Source: a virus (taxonomy: Duplodnaviria > Caudoviricetes). From it: DNA of 60,600 nucleotides. Made by a program: the position numbers and the translations under genes. Under the pieces are notes generated by a model, which saw only the letters and a program-made list of their open reading frames with translations, was not told the origin of the DNA and made no database searches. The stretch is from positions 1 to 60,600 of the IMG/VR virus record IMGVR_UViG_3300036791_000464; one strand, 5' to 3'. Shown here piece by piece: positions 49,996 through 59,949 of the stretch (positions are counted from its first letter, which is position 1; the number at the start of each line of letters is the position of its first letter).

Positions 49996-52191
49996 ATGTC
50001 ACCCTGGACTAAGACAGGTAACATTCGTGGCCCTCAAGGGCCAGTAGGTGCAACTGGGCCCGGAACGTATCCGCCCACAACCGGATTCCTGGGTGATGTA
50101 CTAACGGTCACGACCGACGGAGCCGCGCCGACTTGGGCACCAACCGCTCCCATCAGCGACTCCAAAAAGGTAGACAAAGACTCGGTTGTCGTCGCAGCGA
50201 CGAGGATCGTCCAGAATATGCTCGCAGTCGGAGATGCGCAGCCTGCTTTTTGGATCGGAGGTGATGGGAAGCATCAGTGGGGCGCTGGTGGTGCGAGCGC
50301 ACCTGACGTAACTCTTTATCGATCAGCGGCGGCGACACTTACAACTCCTGGTGCGCTCACGACAGGCGCAGCGACGGGTTCTAGTGGTTCTACATCCACC
50401 GGAGCCGGAACATACCAGGGCCCAGGCGGTAGCTTCGCTTCAGTTAGGTCATCGTATGGATACGCGCTTCTAGCTTCACTTCTGGGTGATGCTGGAACGT
50501 GGCGCTTTGCCATCGACTCGAATGGCAAGCAAACCTGGGCCGACGGCGTCGTGTCTACGTCTGACACGAACCTCTACCGCGCTGCGGCGAACATGCTCAA
50601 GACGGACGGGTCGATGCTCGCCACAGCCGGGTTCAACGCCGCAGGGATGGCGGCGGCGGGTACTCCGGCGCTCCAAGCGTCCGTGTCGGGCGACTCGCAG
50701 GTGCGGTTCGTCCTCGCAGCGAACGGTCAGATGCAGTGGGGGCCAGGCGGCACAACCGCTGTCGACACCTACCTCGTCCGAGCCGGAGCGAACGTGTTGC
50801 AGACGAGCGGCACGCTGATCGCCGGAAGTGGATTCAACGCCAACGGGATGACCGGCGTCGGTAGCTGGGCATACCAGGCGAGCGTCAGCGGCGACACTCA
50901 GCCGCGGTTCTACATACGGGCGGACGGCGTCCACGCGTGGGGGCCGGGGAACGCCGCGACCGACACGAGCCTGCAACGGTGGTACGCGGGCGCGATCTAC
51001 ACGCCGAACGTCCTCGGGATCGGGCTGAACATTCGCGTCTACCACGGATCGGTCACGACGGCGCTCACGACAGAGGTCGGCGGCGACACGCAGTCCCGGT
51101 TCCTCTTCGACACGAACGGGCATCTACAGTGGGGGCCGGGAGGCTCGACCGCGCCCGACACGAACCTCTACCGCTCGGGGGCGGGCATCCTCAAGACGGA
51201 CGGGCATCTGCTTGTCGGTCAGTCGATCCAGATGGACAGGAGCGGAGCCGGGAACGCGATCTATTTCGGCAGCGCGAATGACACCTACCTGGTTCGCGCC
51301 GGGGCCAACGTCTTGCAGGCATCCGGTTCGCTCAACGTCTCGCAGTACGTCTTCGCCGGAGCCAACACCGGCAGCGGCAACTGGTCATTCCTCGCTCGTG
51401 TCAGCGGCGACACGAACAACCGCTGGGACGTGATGAACCAGGGGCTCATGCACTGGGGCGACGGAGTGAACTCGCCCGACACGAACCTGTATCGTTCGGC
51501 GGCGGGGGTGCTCAAGACAGATGGAAAAATTGAAGCTGCTGGTGGTTTTACCGTTGGTGGTGCCGCTGTTGGTGGAGTACCATCAGGTTCGATAATCCCT
51601 TACGCTGGAAGTGCTGCACCTTCGGGATGGGTACTCGCGGATGGGACAGCTTATCCTCGTACAGGCGGCACATACGATGCTCTCTTCGCTGCAATTGGAA
51701 CAACCTTTGGCGCGGGAGATGGATCAACAACTTTCAATGTTCCCGATATGCGCGGTCGTATGCCTGTCAGCGTCGGCACTCATGCTGATGTTTCAACTAG
51801 AGGTAATAATGAAGGATCGGCTGTTGCAAGTCGTAGACCAAAACATCCACACTCAAGCGCACTCACATTTGCTGGATCAGGTGGAGCAACGGCTATTGAG
51901 AACGCAGTTCACTCCCACAACGTTAGCGATCCCGGCCACAACCATAACGCATATGCGGGAACGACTGGAGGTTCAAACTATACGATCCAATCTTTCTCAA
52001 ACAATGATGCTGGGGCTGTGTCGTCAACAACCATTGCGGTCGCTGGAACAGGAATCAGTCTCAGCACCGAAACAGCCAATCATCAACACGCTTTCACCCC
52101 AGCCGGATCAATAGGTGGTACGATTGGAGCAGCCGGAGTAGCCAATGATGCACCTGCGTATTTGACCCTCAACTTTATCGTGAAACTCTAA
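49996..52191 (+). CDS. Tail fibre with repeats and a tail-collar domain
   Basis: Repeated DTNLYRSAA..LKTDG; FGAGDGSTTFNVPDMRGR. Confidence 0.85.
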   Translation: MSPWTKTGNIRGPQGPVGATGPGTYPPTTGFLGDVLTVTTDGAAPTWAPTAPISDSKKVDKDSVVVAATRIVQNMLAVGDAQPAFWIGGDGKHQWGAGGASAPDVTLYRSAAATLTTPGALTTGAATGSSGSTSTGAGTYQGPGGSFASVRSSYGYALLASLLGDAGTWRFAIDSNGKQTWADGVVSTSDTNLYRAAANMLKTDGSMLATAGFNAAGMAAAGTPALQASVSGDSQVRFVLAANGQMQWGPGGTTAVDTYLVRAGANVLQTSGTLIAGSGFNANGMTGVGSWAYQASVSGDTQPRFYIRADGVHAWGPGNAATDTSLQRWYAGAIYTPNVLGIGLNIRVYHGSVTTALTTEVGGDTQSRFLFDTNGHLQWGPGGSTAPDTNLYRSGAGILKTDGHLLVGQSIQMDRSGAGNAIYFGSANDTYLVRAGANVLQASGSLNVSQYVFAGANTGSGNWSFLARVSGDTNNRWDVMNQGLMHWGDGVNSPDTNLYRSAAGVLKTDGKIEAAGGFTVGGAAVGGVPSGSIIPYAGSAAPSGWVLADGTAYPRTGGTYDALFAAIGTTFGAGDGSTTFNVPDMRGRMPVSVGTHADVSTRGNNEGSAVASRRPKHPHSSALTFAGSGGATAIENAVHSHNVSDPGHNHNAYAGTTGGSNYTIQSFSNNDAGAVSSTTIAVAGTGISLSTETANHQHAFTPAGSIGGTIGAAGVANDAPAYLTLNFIVKL

Positions 52192-52199
52192 GGAGAGAG

Positions 52200-52672
52200 A
52201 TGCCTGTTGATGAAGTATCAGTACTCAAGATAAGCTGCGACAACCCGAAGTGTCCGGGGCACCCCGATCTTGATCCTAAGGATCGGAAGGGATGGTTGTT
52301 CGTCAGCGGTGAAGTCTACGGTGAGCCGACCTCATCGCATGTGTTTGGAAATGCGGACTGTCTCAGCCAGGCGAGCGGAGACGCAGATATCGCAGTGCAG
52401 TTTGGCCTTGCCAGGAAAACTTCCGAGATGACGCCAGAGGAGACAACATGATCGAGCCATTCAAGTATCTGATTCAGCCGGTCGCGGTCGAGCGGGGCGA
52501 AGACGGCCGCATCGTCAGAGAGATCATCGGCGAGACCGTCTCCGTCTATAACATCGACAAAGCGGTCGAACTGATCCGGGAGTTCGAAGAGCAGATCAAC
52601 AATCTCGAACAGGAGCCGAGTAACGGAAGCGGAAGGTTGACCGATGGGCAGCATAGACACGCCGCACTTTGA
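52200..52672 (+). CDS. Two small proteins (52200-52451, 52448-52672), possible fibre chaperones
   Basis: RBS and translational coupling; follow the fibre gene. Confidence 0.5.
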
Positions 52673-52976
52673 TCTTCCGTTCCAGCTAGGGCCGAACGGG
52701 GCCAACGTGGTTGAACAAGACACAATCGAAGATGTAGCCAACTGCGTGATAGCGATCTCGATTACGCACGTTGGCTGGCGGGCCGAAGCTCCGACCTTCG
52801 GTGTTCCCGATCTCGCGATGCGGAGGATACCGATTGGCGCTAATGATATCAACGATTGGATCTCCAACCAAGAGCCTCGCGCTATTCTTACCGTCGAAGA
52901 GCATCCGGATCAGGCTGATGCCTTGGTTGATCATATCAACATCGGAGTCTCGATTGTATCGAAGGGAGGTAGCTAA
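52644..52976 (+). CDS. Baseplate wedge protein (gp25/W-like)
   Basis: GWRAEAPTFG, NQEPRA. Confidence 0.75.
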   Translation: MGSIDTPHFDLPFQLGPNGANVVEQDTIEDVANCVIAISITHVGWRAEAPTFGVPDLAMRRIPIGANDINDWISNQEPRAILTVEEHPDQADALVDHINIGVSIVSKGGS

Positions 52977-54169
52977 TGAGTAGCGGATACATTGAGTATC
53001 CAATCAGCTCAGACCCGAACGACTTGCTGACGGAGGCATATTCGACAATCAAGGACAGGGTTCCGAACTGGGTCGAGAACGACGGCAACCTTGACACCTG
53101 GATCCTTCAGATCACTGCGTCGGAGGCTTCTGGCCTCTACAACTTGGCGCAGGACGTACCAGATACGATCTTCCAGTGGTACGGAGCGACCTTGATCGGA
53201 TTGCCTCCGTTGGGTGCGACTTCGGCTATCGTCGGATCGACCTGGACAATGCAAGACAACGTAGGCTATCTGATCCCCGCTGGTACCCAGGTCTCGATCC
53301 GAGACAGCGTCGGAGTTGATCACGCATTTGAAACGACGAATGATGTAGTCATCCCCGCAGGTCAAACTGCGACAGTGGCTGGTGGGATTACGCTCTCGTC
53401 CATCGAAACCGGCGCATCGTTGTCCGGGATCGGTAGCAATGGCTATGGCGCATCTCTAATCGACACTCTTTCCTACGTCACTTCGGTCGTCCTCACCGGA
53501 GCTACGGCTGGCGGACAGGATGCCGAGCTATCGAGCGACTACAACTATCGTCTCGCACTCAAGCTTCAACGTCTCTCGCAGCGCCCAGTCATACCGACAG
53601 ATTTCTCGCTCGCGGCGCTCGACGTTGCTGGCGTCTTTCGTTCTGTTTCCATCGATGGGTACAATCCTTCGGATAGTTCGATGAACAACCAGCGGATGAT
53701 CGCAATCGCAGCCGTTGATCAGAATGGTACTCCGATCTCAGCTACAATCAAGACAAATCTCGGTACATACCTTCAATCTCTGCGCGAGGTAAACTTCATA
53801 GTCAACGTATTTGATCCGACAGTTACCGTGATTGACGTCACCTATAACGTCAAGTGTCTTGTCGGATACTCATCAGCAGTTGTTCAAGCGAACGCTACTG
53901 CTGCCCTACAAAGCTACCTCAGTCCTACCAACTGGGGCAAAGATCCCTCGATCACGGACGCATCCGCAGCTACACAAACATGGGTAGAGACACCCATTGT
54001 TTATTACAACAAGATCCTGAATGTTCTTGATCAGGCGCAGGGAGTGGATCGCGTTATGAGCATGTCTATGGCTATTCATAGTAGCGCGCTCGGAACTGTG
54101 GACATCAATCTTCCTGGTCACGCTTGTCTAACAAACGTAGGAACAATCAATGCGACGGCGACGCCATGA
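52976..54169 (+). CDS. Baseplate J-like protein
   Basis: IPAGT, GGQDAE..DY..RL. Confidence 0.85.
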   Translation: MSSGYIEYPISSDPNDLLTEAYSTIKDRVPNWVENDGNLDTWILQITASEASGLYNLAQDVPDTIFQWYGATLIGLPPLGATSAIVGSTWTMQDNVGYLIPAGTQVSIRDSVGVDHAFETTNDVVIPAGQTATVAGGITLSSIETGASLSGIGSNGYGASLIDTLSYVTSVVLTGATAGGQDAELSSDYNYRLALKLQRLSQRPVIPTDFSLAALDVAGVFRSVSIDGYNPSDSSMNNQRMIAIAAVDQNGTPISATIKTNLGTYLQSLREVNFIVNVFDPTVTVIDVTYNVKCLVGYSSAVVQANATAALQSYLSPTNWGKDPSITDASAATQTWVETPIVYYNKILNVLDQAQGVDRVMSMSMAIHSSALGTVDINLPGHACLTNVGTINATATP

Positions 54170-54801
54170 GTAGCTACGGCTGGTCTGTTGAAGACGTCAC
54201 GCAGCGTCTCTACGACAATCTCTATCCGTTGACCGGGGCTGAGGCGCGGATGGGTTGGCCGCTGCTTGCCTTTGTCGACGCAATTGGTCAAATGTTCCAG
54301 GATGGCGCGGATCTCGTTGAGGATGGGCCGAACGGCGAGCCTGGCTGGTCAATCGTTCTCGATATCAACCGGGCGAAGGATGAGGGACTTCCCTGGCTTG
54401 CTCAGTTGATCGGACTTCACTTCTACAGCGGACTGACAGCCGATCAGCAAAGACAGCTAATCAGAGCGCATGCTGGTTGGCAGAGAGGGACGGCCGCTGC
54501 TATTATTGCCGCAATCCGTCTCTTTCTTACGGGTACGCAAACAGTCCAGATCAACGAGCGCGACACGAGCGCGTATCATTTCGCAGTTATCATTTGGGCG
54601 GCAGAAGCTCCGGCCGATACTAGCGCGACCTCGCCGCTCGTGAGATATGTGAACCAGTACGCGAAGCCAGCTGGTCTTCAATGGTCTTTGACTGTCAACC
54701 CTGGATCTCCTCCCGCTCTGACGTACCAGCAGATCTACAACAATACTTGGACATACCAAGACATTTACACGAAGTTCCAGACGTACGCTGACATTCACTA
54801 A
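54166..54801 (+). CDS. Baseplate wedge protein (P2 gpI-like)
   Basis: LPWLAQ, RGTAAAI, AKPAG. Confidence 0.8.
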   Translation: MSSYGWSVEDVTQRLYDNLYPLTGAEARMGWPLLAFVDAIGQMFQDGADLVEDGPNGEPGWSIVLDINRAKDEGLPWLAQLIGLHFYSGLTADQQRQLIRAHAGWQRGTAAAIIAAIRLFLTGTQTVQINERDTSAYHFAVIIWAAEAPADTSATSPLVRYVNQYAKPAGLQWSLTVNPGSPPALTYQQIYNNTWTYQDIYTKFQTYADIH

Positions 54802-54809
54802 GGAGGGCT

Positions 54810-55961
54810 ATGCAAACTACACCGAGACGCGGGATTTCGTATCCTGATGCGGCTCGCGACGACCGCGCCGACATTGCCCTTCATCTTGGCAACTTGGCGG
54901 TTCCGCTCGACGCTGACGCACTCTACAACAACGGTACCGATGCGGCTAGACAAGTAGCCGCGCACCAGACTGGCGGTGGTAGGTTCTGGTGGACAACCGA
55001 TACTCATATCCTCTGGTATGACGACGGTACGAACTGGACAAACGTCGGCCCGTACCCAGGCATTCCGGCCGGCAGCACCGTCCCGACCGGAGCGGTTATG
55101 GACTTCGCAGGAGCAGCCGCTCCAACTGGATACTTGATCTGTGACGGTTCGGCTGTCTCGCGCTCGACGTTCTCCGGGTTGTTCGGAGTAATCGGCTCGA
55201 CATACGGCGCAGGAGATGGCTCGACTACGTTCAACGTTCCTGACTTCCGAGGTCGGATGGCGGTCGGTCTAGCATCTGGTGGTCACCCAGATGTGAATGC
55301 GCTCGGAAACAACGACGGGACGACTCTCGTCAACCGCAGGCCGAAGCATAGTCACGCGAACGGATTGACGATCTCTGGGGCTCCTTCGGTTGGTAGCTTG
55401 ATAGTAACAGGGAATCCTGCAATTGGTTCCTTGTCTGTGGTTGGAACCCCAGCGCTGGGAACTCTGACCGTCTCCGGTTCTCCAGGATTGGGGACGCTTG
55501 GAGTCACAGGTTCGCCTGGTGTCGGTTCACTATCTCTGCCAAACCACGGACACGGAATTGGCGACCCTGGGCACCAACATGGTATCCCGGCAGTCAATGG
55601 CGCCAATACCTTCGGTGGTGGTGGAAATGCGGGTTGGCAAGACGGTGGCATCGGTTACTACGATACTGTGTCAGGGACGGGAATCACCGTCGGCAATCCG
55701 ACGAGTCTGCCTGGAATCTCTGGTGTTCCCTCGGCCGGTTCTCTCGCGGTCAACGGAGCGCCATCAAATGGATCGCTCGGAGTTGCTGGCGCTCCTGCGC
55801 TCGGTAGTCTCGCGGTCAACGGTGCTCCTGCGGTCGGATCGCTCGGTGTTGGCGGAGCGCCCGCCGCCGGATCTCTCGGGGTCGCCGGTACGATTGGACA
55901 GGCTGGAGGATCGGCTGACTCGCCGAGTTATATCGTGACGAACAAGATCATCAAGACATGA
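54810..55961 (+). CDS. Second tail fibre with collar domain
   Basis: Collar motif; 11-aa repeats; HxH motifs. Confidence 0.85.
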   Translation: MQTTPRRGISYPDAARDDRADIALHLGNLAVPLDADALYNNGTDAARQVAAHQTGGGRFWWTTDTHILWYDDGTNWTNVGPYPGIPAGSTVPTGAVMDFAGAAAPTGYLICDGSAVSRSTFSGLFGVIGSTYGAGDGSTTFNVPDFRGRMAVGLASGGHPDVNALGNNDGTTLVNRRPKHSHANGLTISGAPSVGSLIVTGNPAIGSLSVVGTPALGTLTVSGSPGLGTLGVTGSPGVGSLSLPNHGHGIGDPGHQHGIPAVNGANTFGGGGNAGWQDGGIGYYDTVSGTGITVGNPTSLPGISGVPSAGSLAVNGAPSNGSLGVAGAPALGSLAVNGAPAVGSLGVGGAPAAGSLGVAGTIGQAGGSADSPSYIVTNKIIKT

Positions 55962-56057
55962 ACGATTTCATCGCCAAGTTCTTCGCGAAGATCGATGAGC
56001 TAATATCCGTCCTGGTACGCATCGCTGAGGCAATTGAGAAGGGGGTCGAACAGGAGA

Positions 56058-56399
56058 GTGAAGAAGCATAAGCTTGGGGCGGGTGATTGGGTGGCCGTAG
56101 TTCTGGCCTTGGGTGTAGCGATCTCTATGGTCATCCTGATCACGGGAGTCGTCTGGGGAGCAATCAAGCACGGCTCGACCGCTGCGACGCTGACTGAGAA
56201 CGAGACGCAGGTTTTGATCTCAGCATTTGGAGGCATCTTCGGAATCCTCGGCGCATACCTCGGGTTCCGCGCAGGCAACGGCAATCATTCTCCAGCGCCG
56301 AAGTTCTACTTGTCGAAGGAGGATGACACTGCGATCATTCCTGTTCCAGAAGGTTGGCCAGATCCGGAGAAGCCAGGAGATCAGTCACGCAAAGCGTAG
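56058..56399 (+). CDS. Two-TM membrane protein (holin candidate)
   Basis: Two hydrophobic helices; end of the late operon. Confidence 0.5.
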   Translation: MKKHKLGAGDWVAVVLALGVAISMVILITGVVWGAIKHGSTAATLTENETQVLISAFGGIFGILGAYLGFRAGNGNHSPAPKFYLSKEDDTAIIPVPEGWPDPEKPGDQSRKA

Positions 56400-56920
56400 C
56401 GGAGCCAGCGCATCTCGTTCTCCAGGTTGACGACCGCAGAGCGGCCCCAGCGAGCTTCGTCGTTTTGGATGGACCAGGTCGAGACGATGCGTAGCTCTGA
56501 GTTGAGTTGGGTCATGTGCTCTGGGTAGAACTGCTCCCACTCTAGTTGAGCACCGTCTCGCTCGGTCTCGGGAGTCAGCTTGATCTTCGGCTGCTTCTTG
56601 CTCCAGCCGCTCAGAGATTGGTTCAGAGCGTGAATCACCCGTCTCGATCTCTTCTTGTCCAAAGCCAGTTCTTCGTCTGTTGCGTTACCTCCAAGGCGGC
56701 GGGGGATCGACTCGACAACGATGATCACTGCGAGAGCGCTCGTCAAACGCTCGATCTCGCCGGAGACGAGAGAAGCTTTTGAAACGCTGTTCGAGAGCCG
56801 TAAACCTGGGTCAAAATACCTTTCAACGAATCCGGATGTGCCTAAGACGTTTGTATACACGTCTCTAAGCTCCTTCAAGTCTCTAACCTGGTCTCCGGTC
56901 GATTCGAAGGATTCGTCCAT
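56381..56920 (-). CDS. Hypothetical protein
   Basis: RBS; last gene of the minus-strand arm. Confidence 0.6.
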   Translation of the reverse strand: MDESFESTGDQVRDLKELRDVYTNVLGTSGFVERYFDPGLRLSNSVSKASLVSGEIERLTSALAVIIVVESIPRRLGGNATDEELALDKKRSRRVIHALNQSLSGWSKKQPKIKLTPETERDGAQLEWEQFYPEHMTQLNSELRIVSTWSIQNDEARWGRSAVVNLENEMRWLRYALRD

Positions 56921-56932
56921 GTATACACGCTC

Positions 56933-57313
56933 CTAGCTTTGTACCGAGGATTTCCGTTCGAGGGTTTTACTACGCTGGCTCCGGATTCTTCGTTGATTGT
57001 GCTCTTTTCTGTGACAACTGCCGTGCATCGGGCAAAGGTTGATTAGACGATTGTCTTCTCGATCTTCATTGACATGATGAATGTGAAGACTATTTCTTCC
57101 GACTCCGGTATCCCAAATCTGTTGCCCACACTTCTCACAATGCCATGGAGGATCGGGGAAGAATGACATGAATAAAGCTCGTCCGAGATTATCTCCAGTT
57201 GAAGGCCAGAGTCGAGGTTTTCCAACCAACTGACGCATTTCTTCGGTCGGGAATGGATACCCATCCAAAACATCATTTGGTATGTCACCAGGAGCGTAAC
57301 CTCTCTTTCCCAT
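56933..57313 (-). CDS. HNH endonuclease
   Basis: CEKCG...HIHHVNEDREDNRLINL..HGSCH. Confidence 0.85.
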   Translation of the reverse strand: MGKRGYAPGDIPNDVLDGYPFPTEEMRQLVGKPRLWPSTGDNLGRALFMSFFPDPPWHCEKCGQQIWDTGVGRNSLHIHHVNEDREDNRLINLCPMHGSCHRKEHNQRRIRSQRSKTLERKSSVQS

Positions 57314-57848
57314 TATTCCCCTTCCGGGGCTATTTCTACTCTCGCCGGATCCGGCGGTTGTCCAAACATCTGCGTGTCAGCGCGACGGAGGAGAATACCC
57401 GGTTGGTGACAAACCGGGCATTCCTCCGTTTGGATAAAAGTCATGACTCCACAAACGGAAGTCTCGCAAGCGAAGAGATCATACGGCTTCGCTTTCTGAT
57501 GCAATTGTTGAGGTTCGTCCATCAGTATCCCGCCATCCTCTCTATGCTTTCGTAGATCCTTTGCTGATCACGAGCAGCTTTCTTACGAGCCTTGAGATGA
57601 CGCTCGTGGATTACGTGCGCCTTTCGATCCTCGTCGCGCTTGTGTTCCAGAGCGATCAGGATCTTGCGAGCGGTCGCCTGCTGCACTGTACAGTTCACAT
57701 TGTTGATGACCCGGTAGAGAGTGTTTGGAGAGACGAGCGCATACGCGCCCGCCTCTCCAGCACTACCACAGCGGTCGATTAGCTCCACGACATGAGGGAG
57801 AATCTTGGAGCAGTCAATCGTCGATCTGTGGTACTTTTGGAATGTCAG
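57313..57848 (-). CDS. Small zinc-binding protein (57313-57522) and HTH-like protein (57522 to about 57848)
   Basis: CETSVC..CPVC; AGAYALVSPNTLYRV HTH-like segment. Confidence 0.5.
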
Positions 57849-57849
57849 C

Positions 57850-58782
57850 TTATCCTCCGATCCGGTGATGTTCTGAACGGAATGTTCGGTTGCTCTCGCG
57901 AGCCCAGGGGAACGGGCATTGCCCCTCGACCGACTCCCATCCTTGGAACGTACAAGTATGAGCGGTAGACTCATGCTGGTGAATGGAATGATCCATATCT
58001 AGAGCACCGTGCGTTTTCTCGCAGCTGATCTTGATGTACGGCTCCAGGAATGGGTAGCGATCCACCAGAAGCTCGCGAGCCATTCTCATGACCGTAACGA
58101 TCTCCCACTGGAACATCGAGCAGCCCCGGTAGGCGTACACATTGATGAACTCCCGGAGCGGGTACTCCATCATGATGTAGTTCGTCGTGCCTTCCGGGAG
58201 AATGTAGCGAGCGTCTTGGTACGACACATCCGCATTGCAAGCTGCGACGTACGCTCTGCGGCAAGCCTCGATAGCCTGCGTCCAGAGACCACGTACATCG
58301 TCGCCCTGAGCCCAGACCGACTCCGGCATCCGCTGCTCAGGCCCGGAGCCGTAGTAGCTCGCCCGCATCGACTGCTGGTGGAACGCAGCTTTGCGGGTTC
58401 GGACGATCTGATGAGTACATGCTCTTGAAACTCCCGACACCTCAAAAACTACAACCTGACTTTCAAGAGCAGTTTGCAATCCTCCTCTCAACATCTCTTC
58501 CCAATCGCGGCTATCATCATCGGGGCCAATAAGCTCGATGCCGATAGTCGCTCGCGTTGCCTTCGACAACACCTTTTCGAACTCAGGGTTCAGGCCTTGG
58601 ACGAGTTTGACGGTGATTCCGTCGTCGCCTATCTGGACGATGTCGTTGTCGTAAGGCGATACGTGATGGCCGTCATTTATGCTGTGACGGTTGAACGCCA
58701 CATCACGGAGCAGCTCAGTTTCGCGCTGATCCACCCAGTCACGTGATCCGACATACTGCTTGGGTACGCGAGGCTTATACAC
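57850..58782 (-). CDS. thyX: Flavin-dependent thymidylate synthase (divergent)
   Basis: ALE..FEVSGVSRACTHQIVRTR...QQSMR, DARYILP, QWEI. Confidence 0.85.
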   Translation of the reverse strand: MYKPRVPKQYVGSRDWVDQRETELLRDVAFNRHSINDGHHVSPYDNDIVQIGDDGITVKLVQGLNPEFEKVLSKATRATIGIELIGPDDDSRDWEEMLRGGLQTALESQVVVFEVSGVSRACTHQIVRTRKAAFHQQSMRASYYGSGPEQRMPESVWAQGDDVRGLWTQAIEACRRAYVAACNADVSYQDARYILPEGTTNYIMMEYPLREFINVYAYRGCSMFQWEIVTVMRMARELLVDRYPFLEPYIKISCEKTHGALDMDHSIHQHESTAHTCTFQGWESVEGQCPFPWARESNRTFRSEHHRIGG

Positions 58783-59116
58783 TAGGCTCCCTCCTGTACA
58801 ACTCTTGCATCCTGATCTTCATGTGATGACTAGCATGACACCCTCTGTGCGCAGATCGCAGGTTTTTCGGATCGTCATTCATCTTATCCTCGTCCAGATG
58901 ATGGACTACAACTAGTCTACGAGGGACGAACCGCCCGCAAAACGTACACACAAAGGGTGCCTCATTATGTTCGAAGAAAGCTGTCCTGCTTACACGACCT
59001 TTGTGGCCGGAATCGACACTCTTGATTCCAGTACGCGCATTGTGTCCGTGTATGTACAGAGACAGCGCTGGCTGACCGCATCCACATCTGCATAGATATG
59101 TCCGCCTCTTCAGCAT
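58775..59116 (-). CDS. HNH endonuclease
   Basis: CRCGCG..HGHN; VHHLDEDKMNDDPKNL..HRGCH. Confidence 0.85.
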   Translation of the reverse strand: MLKRRTYLCRCGCGQPALSLYIHGHNARTGIKSVDSGHKGRVSRTAFFEHNEAPFVCTFCGRFVPRRLVVVHHLDEDKMNDDPKNLRSAHRGCHASHHMKIRMQELYRREPSV

Positions 59117-59117
59117 G

Positions 59118-59498
59118 TTACGCTCTCGCCATCCGAGCTTTCTTGGCAGCGACTTTCTCTCCAAGAAGTTCCTTGCCGACCTTCGACGTGACTCCAGGCA
59201 CGCTGTTCTTCAGGCCCGAGAGAGTGGATGCCTTGACGCTGATACTCGCTGGGCGACCTTCTGATGGCACCTTCTCTCCGAGACCCGGATTCATTACCAT
59301 CGTGCCCTTCTTCACTGGCTCTCTGACCAGGAAGTAGAACTTGAGGTATGGACTCACCTTGACTGTGTTGCCCTCCGCTAGTTCTTCAGCGATGATGTCA
59401 AAGAAGAGTGTGATGACGTCTTTGACATCTCTCTGCGTCACCTTCAACTCCTCAGAGACTTCACGCACCAGGTAGGGCAGTCTCACTTCCTCAGGCAT
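59118..59498 (-). CDS. HU/IHF-like DNA-binding protein
   Basis: ELAEGNTVKV...MNPGLGE; size. Confidence 0.75.
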   Translation of the reverse strand: MPEEVRLPYLVREVSEELKVTQRDVKDVITLFFDIIAEELAEGNTVKVSPYLKFYFLVREPVKKGTMVMNPGLGEKVPSEGRPASISVKASTLSGLKNSVPGVTSKVGKELLGEKVAAKKARMARA

Positions 59499-59510
59499 TT
59501 CTGCTCCCTC

Positions 59511-59603
59511 CTATCCGAGTAATCCGCAAATGCGGGCTGTGGTAGGCCAAGCCCCCCAACCTTGCACTCTCTGACCATTCCTTCCGGCTTGTATCTGTGC
59601 CCA
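59511..59603 (-). pseudogene. Displaced duplicate 3' end of the Rpf-like gene
   Basis: WAQIQAGRNGQRVQGWGAWPTTARICGLLG* matches the Rpf C-terminus at 22/29 residues. Confidence 0.85.
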
Positions 59604-59939
59604 TCATTTCACTCGCTTGCTATATTGATTGCCCAACCAGTTTGTTCCCGATCTCTTCTGGTTTGATTCTGCTACGGCTTTGCCAACATTCTTCTTCCAC
59701 TTATCAGACCTAATCGGTATCACCCCTGTCTGATGATAGCGGCGATGACAAATACCGTGCATGGGCAGGAGGTTCTCACGAGCATTGTTTCTTACATTCT
59801 TATCGACATGGTGGACGTGAAGCGCATCTCCGGAGCATCCTCCTCTTACGAGGATAGGTTGCTCACAATATGCGCATTCCCACGGAGGGTCATCGCCGTG
59901 ATATCGGTGGAATGCTGCTCGCGCCTGTTGCCAGGGCAT
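59604..59939 (-). CDS. HNH endonuclease
   Basis: CAYCE...HVHHVDKNVRNNARENL..HGICH. Confidence 0.85.
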   Translation of the reverse strand: MPWQQARAAFHRYHGDDPPWECAYCEQPILVRGGCSGDALHVHHVDKNVRNNARENLLPMHGICHRRYHQTGVIPIRSDKWKKNVGKAVAESNQKRSGTNWLGNQYSKRVK

Positions 59940-59949
59940 TACTTACCTC

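Noticed and set aside
49996-55961. Diversity-generating retroelement or invertase acting on the fibres
   Set aside because: No reverse transcriptase or invertase gene, and no adenine-specific TR/VR pair seen.
41-59116. 3'-end duplications behind the other six HNH genes
   Set aside because: Five run straight into the next RBS or gene, and the one at 12608 runs into the CGCG island; only the Rpf-associated HNH shows a duplicate.
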